Part shown: positions 29,006 through 39,390 of the stretch, piece after piece
Layout: every line of letters starts with the position of its first letter
Position numbering within the stretch: the stretch's first letter is position 1
Assembly (NCBI GenBank): GCA_964509535.1
Contig: CAZDXM010000039.1
Coordinates: 1 to 47,573 of the forward strand
DNA from: an uncultured Thermodesulfovibrio sp.
Lineage (GTDB): Bacteria > Nitrospirota > Thermodesulfovibrionia > Thermodesulfovibrionales > Thermodesulfovibrionaceae
Direction: 5' to 3'
DNA length: 47,573 nt
The notes under the pieces: generated by a model
Databases searched by the model: none
Told to the model about the DNA's origin: nothing
What the model saw: the letters and a program-made list of their open reading frames with translations, nothing else
Program-made: the position numbers and the translations under genes

Positions 29006-29659
29006 ATGTATCATGTATTAATTTTACATTTTGATGATACATACTTTCATCAAAAAAATTTAAGAAGAAAGGCTGCAGTTGAGATAGATTTGCGTCTCCT
29101 TAAAGGAACAAAATTCATGTGCACTCGGGATGTATTGAGGCTTGTGGACAAAATGATTCCAGATATCAGATCCTGGATATGTTTTACAGGAAAAGGAGAG
29201 TACCACTATATTTCATTTATTTTTTTGAAAAGAATAAAAGAACCTTTCAGTCTTGTAATTGTTGATAATCATCTTGATATGAAATACTCAAATGAAGAGC
29301 TTATAAGATGTGATTCCTGGGTTTACAATGCTGGGATGCTTGAAAATCTTGAAGAAATTTTCTATATAAACTCATCAAGGATTGGAAGAATTCCTGAAAC
29401 GAGATACCCAGTATATCTGAGCATAGACAAGGATATTCTTGACAAAACCTATTTATTAACCGGATGGTCGCAGGGTAAATCTTCACCATATCAAATTTTT
29501 AGTTTTCTTTCAGAGATTTCATCTACTACCAGAATAATAAGCTTGGATATATGTGGAGAACCAGAGCCTGACAACATAAGGGAGTTAAAAAAAAGTGAAA
29601 CAATAAATCTTTCAATTCTTAGATGTTTGAAATTAAAAACTCTCAAAAAACCAGCATAA
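29006..29659 (+). CDS. Arginase/ureohydrolase-fold protein of unknown function
   Basis: GEYHYIS, VDNHLD (DxHxD), SIDKD (DxD), LDICGE. Confidence 0.65.
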   Translation: MYHVLILHFDDTYFHQKNLRRKAAVEIDLRLLKGTKFMCTRDVLRLVDKMIPDIRSWICFTGKGEYHYISFIFLKRIKEPFSLVIVDNHLDMKYSNEELIRCDSWVYNAGMLENLEEIFYINSSRIGRIPETRYPVYLSIDKDILDKTYLLTGWSQGKSSPYQIFSFLSEISSTTRIISLDICGEPEPDNIRELKKSETINLSILRCLKLKTLKKPA

Positions 29660-29701
29660 TTAATTTACTTAAACTATTTCAATTATATATAATACTGTAA
29701 C

Positions 29702-30154
29702 ATGAAAATAGCTATTGGAGCAGATCATGCAGGGTTTGAATTAAAGGAATTTTTATCCCATTTTGTAAAGGAAATGGGGCATGAGGTTATTGATATGGGA
29801 ACAGGTTCAAATTCATCTGTTGATTATCCAGACTATGCAGAGGCAGTTTCACAGGCTGTATCTGAAGGCAAAGTTGACAGGGGCATTCTTATCTGCGGAA
29901 CAGGAATAGGCATGTCAATAGTTGCAAATAAATTCAAGAATGTAAGGGCAGCACTGTGTAACGAGCTTTACACTGCTAAAATGTCAAGGCTTCATAATGA
30001 TTCAAATGTTCTTGCAATTGGTGGAAGGATTGTGGGGAAAGACCTTGCAAAGGAGATAGTAAATGTGTGGATTAATACCCCATTTGAAGGTGGAAGACAC
30101 TGCCGTAGAATTGAAAAGATACATCTTATAGAAAGGAAGGTTATTGATAAATGA
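29702..30154 (+). CDS. rpiB: Ribose-5-phosphate isomerase B
   Basis: GADHAG, DYPD, CGTGIG, HNDSN, FEGGRH. Confidence 0.96.
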   Translation: MKIAIGADHAGFELKEFLSHFVKEMGHEVIDMGTGSNSSVDYPDYAEAVSQAVSEGKVDRGILICGTGIGMSIVANKFKNVRAALCNELYTAKMSRLHNDSNVLAIGGRIVGKDLAKEIVNVWINTPFEGGRHCRRIEKIHLIERKVIDK

Positions 30155-31389
30155 AAATACTCTCCTTAAAAAATGTTGATCCTGAAGTTTACTCTCTAAT
30201 CAGGCAGGAAAGAAAAAGAGAAACGAATAAAATCTTGATGATCGCCTCTGAAAATTATGCAAGCAGGGCAGTTATGGAGGCTCAGGGTTCATTTTTTACA
30301 AATAAATATGCAGAAGGTTATCCTGGCAGAAGATACTATGGTGGATGCGAATATGCTGATGAGGTTGAAAGAATTGCACAGGAGAGGGCAAAAAAACTCT
30401 TTGGAGTAGAACATGTGAATGTCCAGCCTCATTCAGGAACACAGGCAAATATGGCAGTATACTTTGCTATGCTACAACCAGGTGACACAATTATGGGAAT
30501 GAGTCTCACGCATGGTGGACATCTGTCACACGGCTCACCAGTTAACTTTACAGGAAAGCTTTATAAAACAGTATTCTATGGAGTGAATAAAGACACAGGT
30601 TATATTGATATTGAGGAGGCAAGAAAGCTTGCGCATGAATATAAACCAAAGATAATTATCACAGGCGCAAGTGCATATCCAAGAATTATTGATTTTAAAG
30701 TCTTTGCTGATATTTCAAAGGAAATTGGTGCATATCTGATGGCAGATATTGCTCATATTGCTGGATTGGTTGCAGCAGGACTCCATCCATCACCTGTCCC
30801 ATATTCAGATTTTGTTACAACCACAACTCACAAAACACTGAGAGGTCCTCGTGGCGGAGTTATAATGTGCAGGTCTGAGTATTCAAAGGCAATTGATAAA
30901 ACTGTCTTTCCTGGAATTCAGGGTGGGCCTCTTGTCCATGTAATTGCTGCAAAGGCTGTTGCATTTAAAGAGGCACTTACAGAAGAATTTAAGAATTATC
31001 AGGAACAGGTTGTAAGAAATGCAAAGGTTCTTGCCAATTCTTTGATTAAAAAAGGATTTAAACTTGTCTCTGGTGGAACTGACAATCATCTCATTCTTGT
31101 TGACCTTACAAATTTTAATCTAACTGGCAAAGAGGCAGAGGAGGCTCTTGACAGGGCAGGAATAACAGTAAATAAAAATACCATCCCTTTTGATACAAAG
31201 CCTCCAACTGTGACATCCGGAATAAGAATTGGTACACCGTGTGTGACAACAAGAGGTATGGGTGAGGAAGAAATGGAGGAAATTGCGGAGATTATTGAAA
31301 GAGTGATAAAGAATGTATCTAATGAATCAGTTATAAAGGATATGCGTAAAAAAGTTCAGGCACTCTGTAAGAGATTTCCAATTTACTGA
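30151..31389 (+). CDS. glyA: Serine hydroxymethyltransferase
   Basis: [36 protein letters not shown]. Confidence 0.98.
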   Translation: MKILSLKNVDPEVYSLIRQERKRETNKILMIASENYASRAVMEAQGSFFTNKYAEGYPGRRYYGGCEYADEVERIAQERAKKLFGVEHVNVQPHSGTQANMAVYFAMLQPGDTIMGMSLTHGGHLSHGSPVNFTGKLYKTVFYGVNKDTGYIDIEEARKLAHEYKPKIIITGASAYPRIIDFKVFADISKEIGAYLMADIAHIAGLVAAGLHPSPVPYSDFVTTTTHKTLRGPRGGVIMCRSEYSKAIDKTVFPGIQGGPLVHVIAAKAVAFKEALTEEFKNYQEQVVRNAKVLANSLIKKGFKLVSGGTDNHLILVDLTNFNLTGKEAEEALDRAGITVNKNTIPFDTKPPTVTSGIRIGTPCVTTRGMGEEEMEEIAEIIERVIKNVSNESVIKDMRKKVQALCKRFPIY

Positions 31390-31850
31390 TTTTCTCTCAG
31401 ACCTTTAAAAAATTTCTGGAGAATCTCACGGCATTGTTCTTCAAGAATTCCTCTTTCAATCTCAACCTGGTGATTGAGCCTATCATCCTGCAGTATTCTG
31501 TAAAGACTAACAACACCTCCTCCCTTAGGATCATCACATCCATATATAAGTTTTTTAATTCTTGCATGAACTATAGCAGCAGCGCACATGATACATGGTT
31601 CTTTTGTTACATAAAGCGTGGCATCAGTAAGTCTCCATGTATTGAGAAGTTTTCCAGCTTTTTTTATTGCCAGAATTTCAGCATGAGCAGTTGGATCATG
31701 AGTTGTCTCTTTTCTGTTATGAGCCTTTGAAATTATTTTGTTGTTTACAACTATTACAGCTCCAACAGGAATTTCACCCTTTTTGTATGCCTTTAATGCT
31801 TCCCTTAATGCTTCTTTCATGAAATGGATGTCAGAAGCCAGTTTGTCCAC
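31383..31850 (-). CDS. tadA: tRNA adenosine(34) deaminase
   Basis: GEIPVGA, PTAHAE, EPCIMC. Confidence 0.93.
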   Translation of the reverse strand: MDKLASDIHFMKEALREALKAYKKGEIPVGAVIVVNNKIISKAHNRKETTHDPTAHAEILAIKKAGKLLNTWRLTDATLYVTKEPCIMCAAAIVHARIKKLIYGCDDPKGGGVVSLYRILQDDRLNHQVEIERGILEEQCREILQKFFKGLRENQ

Positions 31851-32461
31851 TCATCAATACCCTGTCCTGTTTTGCATGAGACTTCAAATATTTTTATCTT
31901 TGGGTTAAGAGACTGAGCATCTCTTTTGATTTTATCAATACTGACATCAAGAAAATCTTTAAGATCTATTTTATTAATTATTAAAACCGAAGATTCCTGA
32001 AACATCAAAGGATATTTAAGGGGTTTGTCATCACCTTCTGTTAAACTCAGTATCATTACCTTTATGTCCTCACCGACCTTAAACTCAGCAGGACAGACTA
32101 AATTGCCAACATTTTCAATAAATAAAACATCCAGATCCTTCAATGGCAAATCCTTTGCTGCTTCAGCTATCATATTTGCGTCAAGATGGCAAGCTCCTTC
32201 TGTATTGATCTGAACAACAGGAATCCCTAATCTGTCAATCCTTTCTGCATCTTTAGTGCCTGTGATGTCACCCTCAATAACTCCAACTCTGACTCTGTCT
32301 TTAATTGTCTGAATAGTTCTTTCAAGAAGAGAGGTTTTACCAGCACCTGGAGAACTCATCAGGTTTATTACATAAACACCCGCATCCTTAAAAAGTTTTT
32401 TGTTTTCTTCTGCTATTCTGTCATTAGCATCAAGTATTCTTGTGGTTACTTTAATTTTCAT
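31817..32461 (-). CDS. hypB: Hydrogenase nickel incorporation GTPase
   Basis: SSPGAGKT, CHLDA, ENVGNLVCP, KYP, NKID. Confidence 0.96.
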   Translation of the reverse strand: MKIKVTTRILDANDRIAEENKKLFKDAGVYVINLMSSPGAGKTSLLERTIQTIKDRVRVGVIEGDITGTKDAERIDRLGIPVVQINTEGACHLDANMIAEAAKDLPLKDLDVLFIENVGNLVCPAEFKVGEDIKVMILSLTEGDDKPLKYPLMFQESSVLIINKIDLKDFLDVSIDKIKRDAQSLNPKIKIFEVSCKTGQGIDEWTNWLLTSIS

Positions 32462-32807
32462 TACTTACCTCCATTTCAGTTATATTAAGTTCTTTCCCAG
32501 CTGTTATTTGCAGTGATAAACTACCACAGAATGGGCATAAAAAAATCATATAAGACTCATTGCTTTCAAATTCTTTGCCACACTCCCTGCAGATGCCTTT
32601 CACAGGAATCTCCTCAATAATCAGTTCAGCCTGCTCAGCAGGTGTGTTTTCTTTTAGGACATCAAATGCAAAAAGTAGAGCATCAGGCATAACACCTGTT
32701 GCTCTACCAATTAAAACCCTAATTGACTGAATTTTCCTGTAACCATTTTTACTGCACTCATTTATTGCAATATTTAACAGTTCAGAAGCAATTGATGCTT
32801 CATGCAT
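32451..32807 (-). CDS. hypA: Hydrogenase maturation nickel metallochaperone
   Basis: MHE N-terminus, CxxC...CPxC. Confidence 0.95.
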   Translation of the reverse strand: MHEASIASELLNIAINECSKNGYRKIQSIRVLIGRATGVMPDALLFAFDVLKENTPAEQAELIIEEIPVKGICRECGKEFESNESYMIFLCPFCGSLSLQITAGKELNITEMEVSNEN

Positions 32808-33118
32808 CAGCCTTCTTTCTCCTTGGAAATCTCTTTTTCATATGCTTCTTTCCCTGCTTCAACTGCCTTTGTAAGAGCTGATTTTTTCTCCTCAAGTGTT
32901 TCTTTAGCCTTCTCAAAAGTTGAGGCTATTTTCCCTTTTGCCTCTTTAATATAAGTTCCTGCTTTTTCCTTTACATCCTCTGCTGTTTCTTTAATTTTTG
33001 CTCTTGTTTCTCTTCCTGATTGAGGTGCTAAAAGTAAAGCAAGTCCTGCTCCTACAATTCCTCCTAAAAGAAAGGATAAAAATAAAGATTTTGCAGTGAA
33101 ACCTCTTTCTTCATTCAT
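32807..33118 (-). CDS. YtxH-domain protein
   Basis: FLLGGIVGAGLALLLAPQSGRETR followed by coiled coil. Confidence 0.88.
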   Translation of the reverse strand: MNEERGFTAKSLFLSFLLGGIVGAGLALLLAPQSGRETRAKIKETAEDVKEKAGTYIKEAKGKIASTFEKAKETLEEKKSALTKAVEAGKEAYEKEISKEKEG

Positions 33119-33527
33119 TTTTTTTACCTCCTTTCTTTAAATTTTCTAAAAAAACCGAAGCTGCCACACTTACAGCTGTTTTTAAAGCACTGCCTTTTAA
33201 AGAAAGCGAACTTTTTAGTTTATTAACTGCATCAATAAGCTCATTAACTATTAAAATTAATTTTTCTACAGTATTTGAAAGAAGCCTGATCCTTCCTGTT
33301 ACCTCATTAATATCTTCAATTGAGATACGGACTGCCTGTATTGCTTTTTCAGTTTCTGTGATGGCAGGATCAAGTTTTAATTTTGTAGAGTTAAGAAAAT
33401 CTTTTAATGAGTTAATGCCTCTTCTTAACTCAACAGATACAACAATCAGAAAGACAACTGCAGCAATAAGGCTCAGAGTTGCAAGAAAATATCCGATACT
33501 TAACAGAACTATCAATGTTTCATTCAT
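33111..33527 (-). CDS. DUF948/YtxG-like membrane-anchored coiled-coil protein
   Basis: N-terminal TM plus coiled coil, immediately upstream of the YtxH gene. SD AAGGAGG. Confidence 0.6.
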   Translation of the reverse strand: MNETLIVLLSIGYFLATLSLIAAVVFLIVVSVELRRGINSLKDFLNSTKLKLDPAITETEKAIQAVRISIEDINEVTGRIRLLSNTVEKLILIVNELIDAVNKLKSSLSLKGSALKTAVSVAASVFLENLKKGGKKNE

Positions 33528-33560
33528 TTGTGCCTCCTTAAAAGGATAACATTTTAAATA

Positions 33561-34136
33561 TTAATGTGGCAAATTCTTAATCTGTTTTTTTGCATAAAAA
33601 ATTCTCTGAATGACTGTTATCCAGCTGAGAATAGTAAGAATTAAAATAACAGGATAAAGAAAGCCTGTTAAACATGCAAATGCAAGCAAAATAAGTCTTT
33701 CAGGTCTCTCTATAATACCAACCTTGCATGACAGACCCAGTCCTTCAGACCTTGCTCTTACATAGGAAATCAAAAATGATGCTATTGCACAAAGAAAACT
33801 GAGTATAATGGCATTTTTATCAAGATGATGGGAAAAATACCATACTATACCAAGAAAAATAAATCCATCTGCAATTCTGTCAAGAGTTGAATCAAGTAAA
33901 GCTCCAAATTTTGTAACCCTTCCATTTACCCTTGCTACTATTCCATCTATTAAATCAAAGGCTCCTCCAGCAAGAATGAATATACCACCAAGAAAAAGGT
34001 TGAAGGGTATTATAAATCCAGCAGATGATGTAATAATCATTCCCAGTACAGTAATAATATTGGGATTAACAGGAAGGGCCTTTGCTAAAGGTGAAAGGGG
34101 TTTATCTAAAAAATGACTGAATTTTTCACTGAGCAA
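33561..34136 (-). CDS. CDP-alcohol phosphatidyltransferase, phosphatidylinositol-phosphate synthase-like
   Basis: PNIIT, DLIDGIVAR...GALLDSTLD signature, SYVRARSE and GIIERPER. Adjacent to ino1. Confidence 0.85.
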   Translation of the reverse strand: MLSEKFSHFLDKPLSPLAKALPVNPNIITVLGMIITSSAGFIIPFNLFLGGIFILAGGAFDLIDGIVARVNGRVTKFGALLDSTLDRIADGFIFLGIVWYFSHHLDKNAIILSFLCAIASFLISYVRARSEGLGLSCKVGIIERPERLILLAFACLTGFLYPVILILTILSWITVIQRIFYAKKQIKNLPH

Positions 34137-34137
34137 G

Positions 34138-35235
34138 TTACCTTTCCCTCTTACCTTCTATAAACTCCTCCACCATACTTCTCGCAATTTCGTCAGAATA
34201 TTGAACTCGCGGATGCTTCATAAAGTAAGCTGAGGCAGATGCAAGCAAACCTCCTGTTTTTCTGTCTAAAGCCAGCTTGCAGCATCTTATAGCATCTATA
34301 ACAACACCTGCACTGTTTGGAGAATCCTCAACACTCAGTCTGAGTTCAAGACTGATAGGAACATTACCAAAAATCTCTCCTTCAATTCTCAAAAAACATA
34401 TTTTGTTATCATTAAGCCAAGGAATATAGTCAGAAGGTCCAATATGAACATTTTCAGGCATGATATCATGAAAGATTTGACTTGTTACAGCTTCTGTCTT
34501 TGAAATCTTTTTTGAGACAAGTCTGTTTCTGTTAAGCATATTAAGAAAATCTGTATTGCCTCCAACATTTAGCTGATACGTTCTGGTTATTTTAACCCCT
34601 CTATCCATGCAGAGTTTTGTAAGAACTCTATGAACAATTGTTGCACCAATCTGGCTTTTAATGTCATCACCTATTAGTGGTATTTTCTTTTCTTCAAATT
34701 TTTTTATCCATTCATCGTTTGAGGCAATGAAAACAGGAATACAGTTTATAAATGCAACATGAGCTTCAACTGCTGCCTGAGCATAATATTTTGTTGCTTC
34801 TTCTGAGCCAACAGGAAGATAGTTTACCATTATCTCTGCTTCTGATTCTTTTAAAACCTTCACAACATCCACAGGAGCAGATTTTGATGGAATAAATCTT
34901 TTGCTTTCAGGATAATTCTTCATATGCTCAGCAAATCCATCAAGTATTGGTCCCATGGAGACCTTTACTGGATAATCCGGTAAATGAGGATAAAAAGCTG
35001 TGGTGCAGTTCGGATTGGCAAAAACTGCCTCCTTTAAAGGTTTGTTTACTTTTCTTTCATCTATATCAAATGCAGCAACAACTTCTATATCTCCGGGCAA
35101 ATAACCTCCAAGATTAAAATGCATTAAACCAGGTATCTGTCCTTCAGGTTTGTGCATCTTGTAATACTCAATTCCCTGAATCAAAGCACTCGCACAATTT
35201 CCAACCCCAACAATTGCGAGTTTAATCTTTCCCAT
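34138..35235 (-). CDS. ino1: myo-Inositol-1(3)-phosphate synthase
   Basis: [45 protein letters not shown]. Confidence 0.95.
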   Translation of the reverse strand: MGKIKLAIVGVGNCASALIQGIEYYKMHKPEGQIPGLMHFNLGGYLPGDIEVVAAFDIDERKVNKPLKEAVFANPNCTTAFYPHLPDYPVKVSMGPILDGFAEHMKNYPESKRFIPSKSAPVDVVKVLKESEAEIMVNYLPVGSEEATKYYAQAAVEAHVAFINCIPVFIASNDEWIKKFEEKKIPLIGDDIKSQIGATIVHRVLTKLCMDRGVKITRTYQLNVGGNTDFLNMLNRNRLVSKKISKTEAVTSQIFHDIMPENVHIGPSDYIPWLNDNKICFLRIEGEIFGNVPISLELRLSVEDSPNSAGVVIDAIRCCKLALDRKTGGLLASASAYFMKHPRVQYSDEIARSMVEEFIEGKRER

Positions 35236-35277
35236 ACCAGCTCCTTTTTTATAAAAAAAAATTTGCTAAAACAAGAT

Positions 35278-35307
35278 TTTATAAACTAATAAATGCCTTT
35301 ATGTCAA
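35278..35307 (-). promoter_or_regulatory. sigma70-type promoter of the ino1 operon
   Basis: TTGACA(35307-35302)-18-TATAAA(35283-35278). Confidence 0.45.
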
Positions 35308-35360
35308 GAATTAAAACTGTTGATTTAATTTATCATTGGATTTTACAATATTTTTTAGAT

Positions 35361-36263
35361 GTGACAGAATATCAATCTCACATAAATAATTTTCTGAATT
35401 ATATCCGAATTCAGAGAGGTGATTCACCTCATACTCTCAGAGCATACAAAAAAGATCTTGAAGAATTTTTCATATTTGCCAAAGTTGAGCCTGAAAAAGT
35501 TGACCCGATGAAAATCAGAGGTTTTATTTCGGAAAATATACTGAATGGAAAATCCAAGACAACTGTTGCAAGAAAACTTTCAACCCTGAGGTCCTTTTTT
35601 TCTTATCTTTATTCGGAAGGAATTATAAAATTCAATCCTGCAAGAGTTGTACCCTCAATAAGAGCAAGCAGAACTCTACCAAAGTTTTTAACAGTTGATG
35701 ATGCTTTCAGAATCGTTGAAGCACCATCTGAGGACAGCTTTACAGTTCAAAGAGACAGAGCAATTCTTGAGATTCTTTACGGTAGCGGAATCAGGGTAAG
35801 TGAACTCTGCGGATTAAATCTCGATGACATTGACCTCAGAGAAGGACTTATAAAAGTTCGTGGAAAAGGCAATAAAGAAAGAATCGTTCCTGTAGGAGAG
35901 AAAGCAAAGGAGGCATTGAAAAAATACCTTGCTATAAGACAGATATTACGTATTAAGAAAAAACTCATAGCAGAAGAAACTCCGCTTTTTATAAACAATA
36001 GGGGTAAAAGGATCTCTACAAGACATGTAAGGCGGATTGTTGACAGATATGCAAAAGCTGCTGGAATGCTTGAAAAAATAGGGCCACATACCCTGAGACA
36101 CACATTTGCAAGCCATCTTCTTATGGAAGGTGCGGATTTGAGAGTTATTCAGGAATTATTAGGACACGCGTGTCTTTCAACAACTCAGATTTACACTCAT
36201 GTGGATCTAAAACATTTAATGGATGTTTATGATAGATCTCATCCGCTGTCAAAGGAGGAATAG
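35361..36263 (+). CDS. xerC: Tyrosine recombinase XerC
   Basis: SPHTLRAY, GIRVSE, GKGNKER, HTLRH, LLGH...TTQIY. xerC-hslV-hslU context. GTG start at 35361 assumed. Confidence 0.9.
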   Translation: MTEYQSHINNFLNYIRIQRGDSPHTLRAYKKDLEEFFIFAKVEPEKVDPMKIRGFISENILNGKSKTTVARKLSTLRSFFSYLYSEGIIKFNPARVVPSIRASRTLPKFLTVDDAFRIVEAPSEDSFTVQRDRAILEILYGSGIRVSELCGLNLDDIDLREGLIKVRGKGNKERIVPVGEKAKEALKKYLAIRQILRIKKKLIAEETPLFINNRGKRISTRHVRRIVDRYAKAAGMLEKIGPHTLRHTFASHLLMEGADLRVIQELLGHACLSTTQIYTHVDLKHLMDVYDRSHPLSKEE

Positions 36264-36797
36264 ATGCAAATCATAGGAACAACGGTTTTATGTGTAAAAA
36301 GGAACAATTCTGTTATAATGGCATCTGATGGACAGGTTACAATGGGTAACACTGTGCTTAAACACAATGCAAAAAAAATAAGAAAAATTTATAACGGACA
36401 GGTTCTCACTGGTTTTGCAGGTTCAACTGCAGATGCTTTCACACTTTTTGAGAGATTTGAAGGGAAACTGGAGACTTACAAAGGAAATCTTTTAAGATCC
36501 GCTGTTGAACTTGCTAAGGACTGGCGAACTGATAGAATTTTAAGAAGGCTTGAAGCCTTGCTGATAGCTGCTGACAGGGAGCATATACTCATAATTTCAG
36601 GAAATGGAGATGTAATTGAGCCAGAAGATCAGATTGCAGCAATTGGTTCTGGAGGTCCATATGCTTATGCTGCAGCAAAAGCACTTTATGAAAACACTGA
36701 GCTAACTGCAAAACAGATAGCCATGAAGGCAATGGAGATAGCATCAAAAATATGTATCTATACAAACAATATTATTATTCTGGAGGAATTAAGCTGA
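36264..36797 (+). CDS. hslV: ATP-dependent protease peptidase subunit
   Basis: Short propeptide then [22 protein letters not shown]. Confidence 0.97.
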   Translation: MQIIGTTVLCVKRNNSVIMASDGQVTMGNTVLKHNAKKIRKIYNGQVLTGFAGSTADAFTLFERFEGKLETYKGNLLRSAVELAKDWRTDRILRRLEALLIAADREHILIISGNGDVIEPEDQIAAIGSGGPYAYAAAKALYENTELTAKQIAMKAMEIASKICIYTNNIIILEELS

Positions 36798-38134
36798 TGG
36801 AAAATTTAACTCCCAAGAAGATAGTTGAAGAGCTTGATAAATTCATTATCGGACAGAATCAGGCAAAGAGAGCTGTTGCAATTGCCTTGAGAAATAGATT
36901 CAGAAGACAGCTCCTGCCAAAGGAACTCAGAGATGAGGTGCTTCCCAAGAACATTCTGATGATTGGTCCAACAGGAGTTGGAAAAACCGAGATTGCAAGA
37001 AGGCTTGCAAGGCTTGTAAATGCACCTTTTGTTAAGGTTGAAGCATCAAAGTTCACAGAAGTTGGTTATGTAGGAAGGGATGTTGAATCAATAATCAGGG
37101 ATCTTACAGAGGTTGCAATGAATATGGTAAAGCACGAGCATACTGAGAGAGTTCAGGAAAAGGCAAAGCAGATGGCAGAAGAGAGAGTTCTTGATATCCT
37201 TTTGCCTCAACCAAGATATGGAAGGGATATGGATACACTGGAGGAAAAATCAAGATACAGGGAAACAAGGGAAAAACTGAGGAAACAGCTCAGAGAAGGC
37301 TTACTTGATGAAAGATATATTGAGATAGATTTAAAGGAAAAAATTGTCCCTTTTGGCATAATCTCTAATGTTGCAATGGAGGAGATTGAAATAAACCTTA
37401 AAGAGATGCTTGGAAGTTTTTTGCCTGAAAAAGTGAAAAGAAAAAAGGTGAAAATTCCTGAGGCTTTACAGATATTCACTCAGGAAGAGGCTAATAAACT
37501 GATTGATATGGAAAAGGTAACAAAGGAGGCAATTGAAAGAGTTGAGCAGACAGGAATTGTATTCATTGATGAAATTGACAAGATTGTATCAGGTGGAGAC
37601 ACATACGGACCTGATGTGTCCCGTGAAGGAGTTCAGAGGGATCTGCTTCCAATTGTTGAAGGTTCAACTGTTACAACAAAATACGGACCTGTAAGGACTG
37701 ATCACATACTTTTTATTGCTGCAGGAGCATTTCATGTTGCAAAACCTTCTGATCTGATACCTGAGCTGCAGGGAAGATTTCCAATAAGAGTGGAGCTGAG
37801 TTCTCTGGGCAAGGAGGAATTTGTGAAAATTCTTACAGAACCTGACAATGCTCTTATAAAACAGTACAATGCTCTTTTAAGCACAGAAGGAGTTGAGCTT
37901 GAGTTTACAGAGGATGGCATAGTTGAGATTGCAGAGATTGCACAGCAGGTAAACGAAAAAACCGAAAACATCGGAGCAAGAAGACTTCATACTGTAATGG
38001 AAAAACTCCTTGAAGATATTTCTTTTAATGCTTCAGAGTTAAAGGGGCAGAAAATCGTTATTGATGCAAAGATGGTAAGAGAAAAATTAAGTGAAATACT
38101 CAAAAGTGAAGACCTCAGCAGATACATTCTATAG
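36797..38134 (+). CDS. hslU: ATP-dependent protease ATPase subunit
   Basis: [23 protein letters not shown]. Start ATG 36797 overlaps the hslV TGA. Confidence 0.98.
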   Translation: MENLTPKKIVEELDKFIIGQNQAKRAVAIALRNRFRRQLLPKELRDEVLPKNILMIGPTGVGKTEIARRLARLVNAPFVKVEASKFTEVGYVGRDVESIIRDLTEVAMNMVKHEHTERVQEKAKQMAEERVLDILLPQPRYGRDMDTLEEKSRYRETREKLRKQLREGLLDERYIEIDLKEKIVPFGIISNVAMEEIEINLKEMLGSFLPEKVKRKKVKIPEALQIFTQEEANKLIDMEKVTKEAIERVEQTGIVFIDEIDKIVSGGDTYGPDVSREGVQRDLLPIVEGSTVTTKYGPVRTDHILFIAAGAFHVAKPSDLIPELQGRFPIRVELSSLGKEEFVKILTEPDNALIKQYNALLSTEGVELEFTEDGIVEIAEIAQQVNEKTENIGARRLHTVMEKLLEDISFNASELKGQKIVIDAKMVREKLSEILKSEDLSRYIL

Positions 38135-38135
38135 G

Positions 38136-38816
38136 TTGAAAATTAAGAGGCTTAAATGGAGTGTTTTATTTATTATCTGTATGACAGTTTGCTGTGCTCC
38201 TAAAAAGCCTCCCATAGTTGAATACTTCCCTGAAGGTGCTCAAAAAGGTGTAGCATCTTGGTATGGACCTGATTTTCACGGAAGACCAACTGCATCGGGC
38301 GAAATATACAATATGTATGATTACACATGTGCACATAGGGAATATCCATTTGGAACAAAGCTTAAAGTTACAAATCTTCAAAATGGTAAAAATGTGGTAT
38401 GTACAGTAAATGACAGAGGTCCTTTTGTTTCTGGAAGAGACCTTGATCTGTCATATGCATCAGCAAAAAAGATTGAATTAATCGGTTCGGGAACAGCTGA
38501 GGTTTTAATGGAACCGCTTGGAAGGGATCTGAGATATGTAAGATATGTAAAATATACTCCGCTGTCTGGAGCACTAACAATTCAGGTTGGTGCTTTCCGT
38601 GAGATTGAAAATGCTACAAGACTTAAACAAGCTTTAAGTTTGAGGTATCATAATGTATATATAAATAAAGTAAACATTAAGGGAGAGACCTTTTACAGGG
38701 TCAGGGTTGGAAAATTTACAAACTATAATGAAGCTTACAGCACTGCAAAAACAATGGGACAGGAAGGTTACAGGGTGATTATTACAAATTATGATGGAGG
38801 AAAGGATGAAATTTGA
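38136..38816 (+). CDS. rlpA: Septal ring lytic transglycosylase RlpA-family lipoprotein with SPOR domain
   Basis: GVASWYG, TASGE, VNDRGPF, DLS, QVGAF SPOR motif. TTG start assumed. Confidence 0.88.
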   Translation: MKIKRLKWSVLFIICMTVCCAPKKPPIVEYFPEGAQKGVASWYGPDFHGRPTASGEIYNMYDYTCAHREYPFGTKLKVTNLQNGKNVVCTVNDRGPFVSGRDLDLSYASAKKIELIGSGTAEVLMEPLGRDLRYVRYVKYTPLSGALTIQVGAFREIENATRLKQALSLRYHNVYINKVNIKGETFYRVRVGKFTNYNEAYSTAKTMGQEGYRVIITNYDGGKDEI

Positions 38817-39390
38817 AGATGTTGTGAGGTTTCACGGACACAGTTGTCCGGGGCTTGCAGTTGGATACAGGGTTGCAATGGCTGCGGTTGAAGAACTTAA
38901 CTTAAAAGAGCGTCCTCAAGATGAGGAAATTTTATGCATTGTTGAAAATGACTCCTGTGCTGTAGATGCTGTGCAAGTTATTACAGGATGCACATTTGGA
39001 AAAGGAAATCTCATATTCAGAGATTATGGAAAGCAGGTTTACACATTCATAGATAGAAAGAGTGGGAAGGCTGTAAGAATCTCAGTAGATTTTGAGTTTA
39101 ATGAATCTGAACAGGAAAAGGAAATCTGGCAGAGATTCATAAATGGTGACAGAACACAAGAAGTTGTAAATTTTATCCAGAAAAGAAAAAATGAGAAAAT
39201 AAAAAAGATACTTGAAGCAAGAAAGGCAGAGCTTCTTAAAATAACCTATCCTGAGATTATACCACCCAGACAAGCAAGAGTTTTCAAAAGCCTCAGATGT
39301 GAACACTGTGGGGAAAAGGTTGCGGAAGCAAGGGCAAGGCTTTTAAACGGGAAAATTCTTTGTATTCCATGTTTTGAATCTTCATTATGA
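38806..39390 (+). CDS. FmdE-family protein with C-terminal C4 zinc finger
   Basis: FHGHSCPG, ENDSCAVDAVQ..TGCTFGKGN, CEHCGE...CIPC. Confidence 0.9.
   Translation: MKFEDVVRFHGHSCPGLAVGYRVAMAAVEELNLKERPQDEEILCIVENDSCAVDAVQVITGCTFGKGNLIFRDYGKQVYTFIDRKSGKAVRISVDFEFNESEQEKEIWQRFINGDRTQEVVNFIQKRKNEKIKKILEARKAELLKITYPEIIPPRQARVFKSLRCEHCGEKVAEARARLLNGKILCIPCFESSL

Noticed and set aside
35361-36263. XerC as a prophage or island integrase
   Set aside because: xerC-hslV-hslU is a standard chromosomal arrangement, with no phage genes or att sites nearby.
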